Of a stretch of DNA of 64,000 nt, positions 37,472-44,593 are shown one piece after another; position 1 is the stretch's first letter, and each line of letters starts with the position of its first letter. The position numbers were made by a program, and so were the translations under genes. The DNA comes from Oscillospiraceae bacterium (GTDB taxonomy: Bacteria; Bacillota; Clostridia; Oscillospirales; Ruminococcaceae), in assembly GCA_012520915.1 (NCBI GenBank), contig JAAYNJ010000004.1:82-64081 (forward strand), in the 5' to 3' direction. The notes under the pieces were generated by a model. It did no database searches. It saw only the letters and a list, made by a program, of their open reading frames with translations, and had not been told where the DNA came from.

Positions 37472-37540
37472 AAATGTAAAAAGTTCTTTACAATTTGATT
37501 ATAATATGAAGTCTCAAAATGTCAATAGTTTTTTACATTT
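37472..37540 (-). promoter_or_regulatory. near-consensus promoter bracketed by an 11-bp perfect inverted repeat (candidate XRE operators)
   Basis: On the minus strand, TTGACA (37520-37525), 16 nt, TATAAT (37498-37503). The flanking inverted repeat is AAATGTAAAAA (37472-37482) / TTTTTACATTT (37530-37540). Confidence 0.6.
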
Positions 37541-37580
37541 TATTTTAAATTATTTTTAAACAGGGGAGAGAGCTCATAAA

Positions 37581-37619
37581 AAAGGGGCTTCGAACCGAGA
37601 GACCCGGCTTTGCCCCTTT
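37581..37619 (-). terminator. possible terminator downstream of the cyclase-fusion gene
   Basis: 8-bp stem AAAGGGGC / GCCCCTTT with a 23-nt loop, followed by U residues on the minus strand. Confidence 0.45.
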
Positions 37620-37686
37620 GATAAGTATTTGATATGAATTTTAAAGAAGCCGTATCGCTATGTGAAAATCATCACCGCAGAACAAG

Positions 37687-38973
37687 TTATGTTCCGATTA
37701 AATAAGCGCGGCAGGGGGCGCCTTCAAGACCGCCGAGATTTATCGGCGCCGCATTCAGAAGATACTTTCCTTCATAAACGTCTTTGAGGACAACCCCTTC
37801 TAAAAGGATAATTCCCGCCTCAAGCAGAATAACATGAACCTCCATGGGCGATTCTTTGGGACCTACACACTGGCTTTCGTTCCCGAGCAGTTTTACTGCT
37901 CCGGAAGAGGCAAAAACCCTCGCGGCTTCCGCTGTAACCGTCGCGTCTCCGGCAATCAGAATGCGCTCATCAGCTCCTAAAACTTCGGCTTTCTCCAATA
38001 TTTTTTCGGCATCTTCCGCCGTAACGTCGCCCTCATGATGCGCCACATAGCATTCTCCCACAAAAACTTCCAGAGGTATTTCGTCTATGGTCTTACCGTC
38101 TTTGACAAAATGCGAAGGCGCATCGACGTGCGTGCCATTATGCGCACTCATGGAGAATAGGGAAAACCTGTGGTTGTCTCCCTTCTCAAAGCTCTTTACC
38201 GTATCGCTCTCCGGCACCGGATCGCCGGGATAGGTTATACAGGATAAAACGTCCTGGGATATGTCGATGATTTTTGTCGATAAATATCTCCTGAATACCG
38301 ACCCCCATTCCAATCTTCTGTTCGAAATTTCTTCATAGTTTCTGAAATTTTCAGCTGCTTTGTCAACCAGCCTCAAAAATTTAGGTTTAACCCGCCCTTT
38401 CCAGGTTCCTCTTTTATTCTTGCCTTGGGGAAACAAATCATCATTCGTAAAATGCATCAGTCTGTTTACAGACACGTATGCTTCAAGAACAACCATCTCT
38501 CCATATTCGATAATATCGGAATAATTTTTAATAAAAATATTGTAATGATATGCTGAGGCGTCTTTATTGGATTTCGGCCGGTCCGGATTGTTGCCCCGAA
38601 GCTCATAACCTTTGTAACTTCCGTCGTCTTCTTTGCTTGTGATAACAAATATTCTATGCTCTCTTTCAGCCTTCTCGCACACGCCATTAAATTCAGGCAG
38701 ATAAACGATGTCGCCGACTTCATATTCTCCCTGTTTATCTATTGCTTTCATCAGTTTATAAAGGAGCTCAAATCTTACTCTCTTCGGCACATCGTGTTGA
38801 TAACAAAGCGCATTCGCCAGATCCCACTCGTTATACCAAATATCTGCGCCCCGTCTGTAGTCGTCCTGAAGTGTCATCATTTTACTGTAATCATATTGAG
38901 ATTGAATTTCATATAATTCTTCCACCAGCATTTGAATTTTTTCCTTCAACACTCCACCTCCAAAACCCTGCAT
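37687..38973 (-). CDS. fusion protein: unknown ~225-aa N-terminal domain plus a C-terminal cyclase-family (kynurenine formamidase-like) domain
   Basis: The C-terminal KIIDISQDV...GDPVP...HNGTHVDAPSHF...GIILLEG...CRAYL fits the putative cyclase family (PF04199 type). I do not recognise the N-terminal half. The start is ambiguous (38973, 38949 or 38931). Confidence 0.75.
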   Translation of the reverse strand: MQGFGGGVLKEKIQMLVEELYEIQSQYDYSKMMTLQDDYRRGADIWYNEWDLANALCYQHDVPKRVRFELLYKLMKAIDKQGEYEVGDIVYLPEFNGVCEKAEREHRIFVITSKEDDGSYKGYELRGNNPDRPKSNKDASAYHYNIFIKNYSDIIEYGEMVVLEAYVSVNRLMHFTNDDLFPQGKNKRGTWKGRVKPKFLRLVDKAAENFRNYEEISNRRLEWGSVFRRYLSTKIIDISQDVLSCITYPGDPVPESDTVKSFEKGDNHRFSLFSMSAHNGTHVDAPSHFVKDGKTIDEIPLEVFVGECYVAHHEGDVTAEDAEKILEKAEVLGADERILIAGDATVTAEAARVFASSGAVKLLGNESQCVGPKESPMEVHVILLEAGIILLEGVVLKDVYEGKYLLNAAPINLGGLEGAPCRAYLIGT

Positions 38974-39074
38974 ACGGTTATAATGTCCGAGCCTTAATTG
39001 CTGACATAAAACAGCCGCCTTTATGTGTACTGTCTTTCAGATAGAAAAACAAATAAATAACCTCGTCAATAGAT

Positions 39075-39150
39075 TTAGAATAAATCTCCGTCTATCATTT
39101 CAAAAATTTCTTTCTGAGACTCAATTAAGTAATAGTATATTGATTAGCAT
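39075..39150 (-). pseudogene. decayed fragment of a GGDEF-gene paralogue
   Basis: About 35 nt (39088-39118) are nearly identical to 40126-40156 inside the GGDEF gene at 39925-41112. The remnant reads ...LIESQKEIFEMIDGDLF* against ...QIRSQKEIFEMIDRIK. Confidence 0.55.
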
Positions 39151-39191
39151 ATCCTCCGGAATCCCGGATTTTTTTCTTTGGTCATTTTTTC

Positions 39192-39785
39192 TTATCCCTC
39201 GGGATTCGAGTTATCTTTTTTGCCTTTTTCACGATAGATTAGAACAAACTTATCGCCTTCTTTGCCAAAGCGCTTTAGGCATTCCTGAACAAATAAAATT
39301 GTTGAAAAAATGTTATATCCATAAAATACAAATTGTTTGTTTTCATTATATATATAATCAATGTGTTCCCATGTTTTAGAATTATTATGCTCCTTGAATG
39401 CATCGATGCTGGGAAATATTCCACGAATGATGTTCGAATCAGACTTATACCGGCAAATAGGGAAATTCTCCTTTTCCTCTTTAGAGAGATTTTCAATCTC
39501 GCTTTCAAAAATTTGACAAGCCAACCTTGGCATAGTTCTAATTGAAATTTTATACTCACCTTTTCTTAATTTGCGGCGAAAAACTTCGCCTGCCTGGTTC
39601 ATAAAATATGTATCCAACGGTGTGTAGTTATCCCCGAGAGCAAGATCCTGCATTGTAAAACGGACATCAGTAGAAACAATATCTTCAGATGTGATTACCA
39701 ATTCATACTCTTCTTGTTTTGCTTCCAAACCGCCTTGCCCGGTCATAATGTTCGAAACTGTCATTATTTCAAATCCTTTCCACAT
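39192..39785 (-). CDS. hypothetical protein (197 aa)
   Basis: Long ORF with no recognisable motif and an uncertain start. Confidence 0.5.
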   Translation of the reverse strand: MWKGFEIMTVSNIMTGQGGLEAKQEEYELVITSEDIVSTDVRFTMQDLALGDNYTPLDTYFMNQAGEVFRRKLRKGEYKISIRTMPRLACQIFESEIENLSKEEKENFPICRYKSDSNIIRGIFPSIDAFKEHNNSKTWEHIDYIYNENKQFVFYGYNIFSTILFVQECLKRFGKEGDKFVLIYREKGKKDNSNPEG

Positions 39786-39924
39786 TCTATAATAATAAAT
39801 CCCGATCCAATGTGGTGGGCTTATATTATACCATCACTATCTTTTCGGGATTTAAACTTATTAAACTGCTTAAAATTTTTGCCGAACATCTTATCAATCG
39901 ATGCCTTTTATTCTTAAAAAACCT

Positions 39925-41112
39925 TTATAAAATCTCTCTTCTGTCGGGAATTAATTTTTCAAAAATTCTTTTTCTCTTATCCTCATACATTGAAGCGTCG
40001 ATATTTCTTAAGAAATCATCTATTGTCTCATTCTTCTTATCGAATATGCTGCAGCCGATTGAAAAATGAAGCTCGTAAGGTTTCATTTTCGTTTCATTAA
40101 ACAATGTTGTTTCCGTTTTAATTCTGTCTATCATTTCAAAAATTTCCTTCTGAGAGCGAATTTGCATCAATACGATAAACTCATCGCCGCCGAGCCTGAA
40201 CGATACCCCTTTATTTCCCACGGATTCGCGCAATATCTTTCCGGCTGAAGAAATTGCATCATCTCCAACAAGGTGTCCGAGGCTGTCATTCAAGTTTTTA
40301 AAACCGTCGATATCCAACAGGATTCCGGCAAGCGTGCGGTCGGTATCCACTTTTTTGCTTTGAATTAGCAGGTAGTTATTTAAATACTGTCTGTTAAACA
40401 GTCCCGACAGCATGTCCACATACGACGATTCATTTTGAACGTTGATGAATAGGGAAGTAAGCCCTATAGCCACGCCGAGCCACACAAGAGAGTATCCGTA
40501 AAAGAAGAACTGCAAAGCACTTGAGATAATAATGGGAACCATAAACAGAACAGCGGGGAGAAACAAATACTTATGTATCCTCTTGCGAAACGAATAGATT
40601 AAAACGACCCCGTATATAAGATAAAAATAGGTGACTGCATATGGAATGATAAACAAATTAGTCCTTTGATAAATGTTATAATCATTGACCGTAAAAAATA
40701 CGGGTACTATCGGATTTATTATGCATCCGATGATAATCAGCACGGTAGGTATGGCCACAAAAGGGTAAATCCGCTTGATTCTTTCCATATCCGAAAACAA
40801 TTTATAGTCCACAAATATTACCCAAAGATAAGCAAATACTACGGTGTTGATAAATAAAAACTCATTAAGAATTATCGACAAAATTCGATATCCGGGTAAT
40901 GCTTTGCCGTCCAGAAAAAACACAATCGATTCGAAAAGGCATTGAATAATATTAAATAGAATCATCGCATAGAAAATTTTTTCTTCAAACATTCCGCTAT
41001 GCAACGGTCTCTTTATACTCAATAAAACAATTAAAAGTAGCAGTATTGCTGCTCCGTTTGCAATAAATATCGCAGGAAGATTAATCATTTTTAATACGCC
41101 CTTTTTTGTCAA
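39925..41112 (-). CDS. membrane-anchored diguanylate cyclase (GGDEF), paralogue A
   Basis: About 6 N-terminal TM helices, then a GGDEF domain with an intact FRLGGDEF. The start is probably at MINLPAIF (41088). Confidence 0.85.
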   Translation of the reverse strand: MTKKGVLKMINLPAIFIANGAAILLLLIVLLSIKRPLHSGMFEEKIFYAMILFNIIQCLFESIVFFLDGKALPGYRILSIILNEFLFINTVVFAYLWVIFVDYKLFSDMERIKRIYPFVAIPTVLIIIGCIINPIVPVFFTVNDYNIYQRTNLFIIPYAVTYFYLIYGVVLIYSFRKRIHKYLFLPAVLFMVPIIISSALQFFFYGYSLVWLGVAIGLTSLFINVQNESSYVDMLSGLFNRQYLNNYLLIQSKKVDTDRTLAGILLDIDGFKNLNDSLGHLVGDDAISSAGKILRESVGNKGVSFRLGGDEFIVLMQIRSQKEIFEMIDRIKTETTLFNETKMKPYELHFSIGCSIFDKKNETIDDFLRNIDASMYEDKRKRIFEKLIPDRREIL

Positions 41113-41335
41113 CTTTTATAGATTGTTTAGTACCGGTTTAACAACTAAAGAGGGGACTCTATTAAATAAATATCTTGCAAAGAAAAAAATAACATTTATA
41201 TTATTTAACAATAAATGCTTTTATAAATCAAGTTAACTTTTAATATTGCCGTTTAGACGAGTGTTCTCTTGGCCGGAAATGAAAATAATTAACTTTCCCG
41301 CCGGCTTAAAGAAATAATTTGCCTTTCGCCCGATA

Positions 41336-42553
41336 TCAAATCTGTCTTCTGTCGCATATAAGTCTTTCGCGGATCTTTCTATTTTTATTTTCATACATAG
41401 AATCATCGATCTTCTTTAAAAAATCATCTATCGACCCATGCTTTTTATCGTATGTGCCATACCCTATTGAAAAATCCAAATTATAGGGTTTCTCATTTGT
41501 TTCATTGAACAATATTGTTTGTGTTTTTATATTGTCAATTATATCCGTGATGTTCTTATGAGATTTTATATGCATCAATATGATAAACTCATCACCGCCA
41601 TACCTGCATAAAACCTCTTTATTACCCACAACCGAACGCAGTATCTTTCCGGCAGAAGCAATAGCGTCATCTCCCACGACATGTCCGAATCTGTCGTTTA
41701 TGTTTTTGAAGCTGTCAATGTCCAGCATAATTCCTGCGGGTATGCCGGCAGAATATCTTTTAAAATCATACATCGACAATATGTTATTTAAGTACTGTCT
41801 GTTAAACAATCCCGACAACACGTCTATGTAAGTTGCCTCATTTTGGACGTTGATAAACAAAGAAATCATCCCTATGGCCGTTCCGAGCCACATGAAAGAA
41901 TATCCGTAAAAGAAGAACTGCAACAGACTTCCGAGCACAATGGGGGTCATAAACATAATGGCAGGTAGAAACAAATTCTTTCCAACTTTATTGCGAAACG
42001 AATAGATTATAATAACCCCGTAAGCCACATAAAAATACGTGACAATATACGGAATAAAGAAGAGATTTGTCCTTTGATAAATATTGTTCGCATCAATGAT
42101 AAAAAATACCGGCGTTGCCAGGTTAATTAAACAACCGATAATAATCAGCGCGGAGGGTATAGCCACAAAAGGGTATATCCGCCTGATTCTTTCCATATCC
42201 GTAAACAGCTTATAGTCCGAATATACTGCCCATAAAAAGGCGAATACACTGCTGTTTATAAATAAAACGGTGCTCAGCCCCATTGACAACGCACGATATC
42301 CGTATCCCGTTTTGCCGTCAAGAAGAAAGCCCGCTGTTTCAATAAAGCATTGGATAATATTCAGAACAATCATCGAATGGAATACCTTTAACTCAAACAA
42401 TCCATGACGCATTGATCTTTTAAAACTGAATAAAATAACCAATGACAACAGGGACGCCATGCCGTTCGCAATATATATCGCCGGAAAATTAATCATATCC
42501 GATATGCCCTTTTTTTTTCGACTATTATAACCTGTTTTATACTGTTTTAACAA
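41336..42553 (-). CDS. membrane-anchored diguanylate cyclase (GGDEF), paralogue B
   Basis: Collinear with paralogue A, with CRYGGDEF intact. The start is probably at MINFPAIY (42493). Confidence 0.85.
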   Translation of the reverse strand: MLKQYKTGYNSRKKKGISDMINFPAIYIANGMASLLSLVILFSFKRSMRHGLFELKVFHSMIVLNIIQCFIETAGFLLDGKTGYGYRALSMGLSTVLFINSSVFAFLWAVYSDYKLFTDMERIRRIYPFVAIPSALIIIGCLINLATPVFFIIDANNIYQRTNLFFIPYIVTYFYVAYGVIIIYSFRNKVGKNLFLPAIMFMTPIVLGSLLQFFFYGYSFMWLGTAIGMISLFINVQNEATYIDVLSGLFNRQYLNNILSMYDFKRYSAGIPAGIMLDIDSFKNINDRFGHVVGDDAIASAGKILRSVVGNKEVLCRYGGDEFIILMHIKSHKNITDIIDNIKTQTILFNETNEKPYNLDFSIGYGTYDKKHGSIDDFLKKIDDSMYENKNRKIRERLICDRRQI

Positions 42554-42604
42554 CTACTGTTAATCGGCGATGATTGTTTGTCTAAATATTTTTCTGAATT
42601 TAGC

Positions 42605-43162
42605 CTATCCGATATGCCTCATTCGCTCCTCAACATAACGGATTGACTCATATAGCTCCTCATTCCAACTGCCGACTCCGACCTTGTTCATGGTTTGAAG
42701 CAGCCTTATCAGCTTTTCTTCCGAAAAATATTGCTTGTTATTTTTAAATCCTCTGAATGTAGAATAATTTACACCTGCTTTTTCACAGATTATGCGCATA
42801 TTGTAGTATTTTGAACTCTGCCTTACCATATGATCTAACACATCAAAACGGCACCCCTCCCATGTTTCATGGTTAAAGTATTGTGCTATGACTACTCTGG
42901 GCCCGATTTCTTTAAAGTATTCAAAGTTTTTATCAAACCCGTCAATGTACATGGATATATCCCCGGGATCCAAATCAAGAGTTATTTCGCATATATCTAA
43001 TAAATACCCATAATAAACTTTGTCAATTCTCGATTTGAAGTTTTCAAAAGCGGCATAAATATCCGCAGTATAAAAGCAGTCGTCACCACAGCATGATGTT
43101 CCGACAATCTCTCCGTTTTCATTCAGATTAACATCTGACAATTCAACTCCGTAAAGTATCAT
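42605..43162 (-). CDS. hypothetical protein with a C-terminal HTH-like segment, divergent from the WYL regulator
   Basis: 185 aa. The C-terminal NMRIICEKAGVNYSTFRGFKNNKQYFSEEKLIRLL looks like an XRE-type HTH. The N-terminal ~115 aa are unrecognised. Confidence 0.55.
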   Translation of the reverse strand: MILYGVELSDVNLNENGEIVGTSCCGDDCFYTADIYAAFENFKSRIDKVYYGYLLDICEITLDLDPGDISMYIDGFDKNFEYFKEIGPRVVIAQYFNHETWEGCRFDVLDHMVRQSSKYYNMRIICEKAGVNYSTFRGFKNNKQYFSEEKLIRLLQTMNKVGVGSWNEELYESIRYVEERMRHIG

Positions 43163-43180
43163 GTAATGCTCCTTCGAATA

Positions 43181-43198
43181 TAACGCAAATTTGTATTA
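43181..43198. promoter_or_regulatory. operator-like palindrome, imperfect copy
   Basis: TAACGCAAATTTGTATTA has 16 of 18 positions identical to the perfect palindrome 35 bp downstream. Confidence 0.5.
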
Positions 43199-43215
43199 GT
43201 TTAATATCCTGATTG

Positions 43216-43233
43216 TAATACAAATTTGTATTA
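43216..43233. promoter_or_regulatory. perfect 18-bp palindrome, candidate operator in the divergent WYL/HTH intergenic region
   Basis: TAATACAAA|TTTGTATTA is perfectly self-complementary. Confidence 0.55.
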
Positions 43234-43363
43234 TGTCAATAGTTTATTTAAAAAACAATTAAGAAAAATAAATACTTCATATTGTCGGATGAGTTTGCCT
43301 GAATCATTAATTTTTTTCAACCTCCTTTAACGAGTAGTGTACCGAATATGGGCGAGCCGTTTA

Positions 43364-43372
43364 TGTTATAAT
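43364..43372 (+). promoter_or_regulatory. candidate extended -10 promoter element for the WYL regulator gene
   Basis: TGtTATAAT about 55 nt upstream of ATG 43427. The -35 is poor. Confidence 0.35.
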
Positions 43373-43426
43373 CAAAAAGAATTTTCATAAAAATACATGC
43401 CGGGTAAACATCGCGAGGAATAAATT

Positions 43427-44410
43427 ATGGGAAGCTTGGAACCTAAAAAGCTGGCGCTTATAAGGATATGGCAAATTCTCAAAGAACACAGCGACTATGA
43501 CCATCCGCTTACACAGGAGGAAATCGGCGCCAGGTTGGAGACGGAATACGGTATTACTATGGAGCGAAAGGCTATCAGCCGAAATATTTTGCTTCTCAAA
43601 GAGGCGGGAGCTGATATTGAATCCGGCCGGAGCGGCAGCTACCTGAACTCCCGCGACTTCGAAGACTCGGAGCTTCGTATGATTATTGACGGGGTGCTCT
43701 GCAGCAAGCATATTACCGCGAAGCATTCAAAGGAACTAATCGACCGTATCTGCGCTTTATCAAACAAATATTTCCGCACCGGCGTCAAGCATATATGTTC
43801 AATTAAAGAGTGGGGCAAGACGGAAAATCAGGCACTCTTCCTCAATATCGATATTATCAGCACGGCCATCGAGAAAAACAGGCAGATTTACTACAACTAC
43901 AACAAATACGGAATCGACAAAAAGCTTCACAGATCATCAAATCAATATGTGAGCCCGTATCTGATGATTCTCCACAACCAACGCTATTATCTCATGGCAT
44001 ACAGCGAATTCTGGGGCAATATGGTTTTTCACCGATTGGACCGCATTACAAATATGAAGATTACGGATAAAAAAGCCGTTCCGATAAGGGAAGTGCCGGG
44101 ATACGAAGGGGGCATTAATTATAAGGAGCTTTCCTCCACAATGCCATATATGTATACCGATAAACAGGAGCAGATTCATTTTACTGCGGATATCGAAATA
44201 ATAGATCAGATTATAGATTGGTTCGGTACCGATATCCGGATTATGAAAGGCGAGGATGACAAAAAGATTGAGGTCAGCCTGAAAGCCAGTCCGAACGCTA
44301 TGGGGTACTGGGCCATGCAGTATATCAATCATGTCGAGATTACATCTCCGGAATCATTGAGAAAACGCATTAAAGAATCGTTGGAAAGAGGTTTGGAAAA
44401 ATACCGGTAA
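43427..44410 (+). CDS. WYL-domain transcriptional regulator (HTH-WYL-WCX architecture)
   Basis: N-terminal winged HTH (LALIRIWQILKEHSDYDHPLTQEEIGARLE...), a central WYL-type segment (YVSPYLMILHNQRYYLMAY...FHRLDRI) and a C-terminal extension. Confidence 0.8.
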   Translation: MGSLEPKKLALIRIWQILKEHSDYDHPLTQEEIGARLETEYGITMERKAISRNILLLKEAGADIESGRSGSYLNSRDFEDSELRMIIDGVLCSKHITAKHSKELIDRICALSNKYFRTGVKHICSIKEWGKTENQALFLNIDIISTAIEKNRQIYYNYNKYGIDKKLHRSSNQYVSPYLMILHNQRYYLMAYSEFWGNMVFHRLDRITNMKITDKKAVPIREVPGYEGGINYKELSSTMPYMYTDKQEQIHFTADIEIIDQIIDWFGTDIRIMKGEDDKKIEVSLKASPNAMGYWAMQYINHVEITSPESLRKRIKESLERGLEKYR

Positions 44411-44469
44411 TATGCCGGCCAATAAAAAAGACTCGTAAAGCATTACGATAAAATCTTTATGTAATAGCG

Positions 44470-44493
44470 GTGCGCCTGACGGCGCACTTTTTT
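44470..44493 (+). terminator. intrinsic terminator directly after the WYL gene
   Basis: GTGCGCC, TGAC loop, GGCGCAC, then TTTTTT. Confidence 0.8.
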
Positions 44494-44593
44494 AATAAAC
44501 AAAACTTAAACTGCATGATGCCTATGCACCGAAAACGGTACATCTTGAATGGTAGCATATAGTTGTGAAAATGAAAAAACACCGAGGTATGAG

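Noticed and set aside
37472-37540. The inverted-repeat-flanked promoter read as an invertible (phase-variable) promoter switch.
   Set aside because: The segment between the repeats is only 47 bp, and no invertase or recombinase gene is present in the window. A pair of repressor operators is the simpler explanation.
41280-41320. GCCGG...CCGGC hairpin downstream of GGDEF paralogue B, considered as a terminator.
   Set aside because: The stem is interrupted by a bulge and no U-tract follows on the minus strand.
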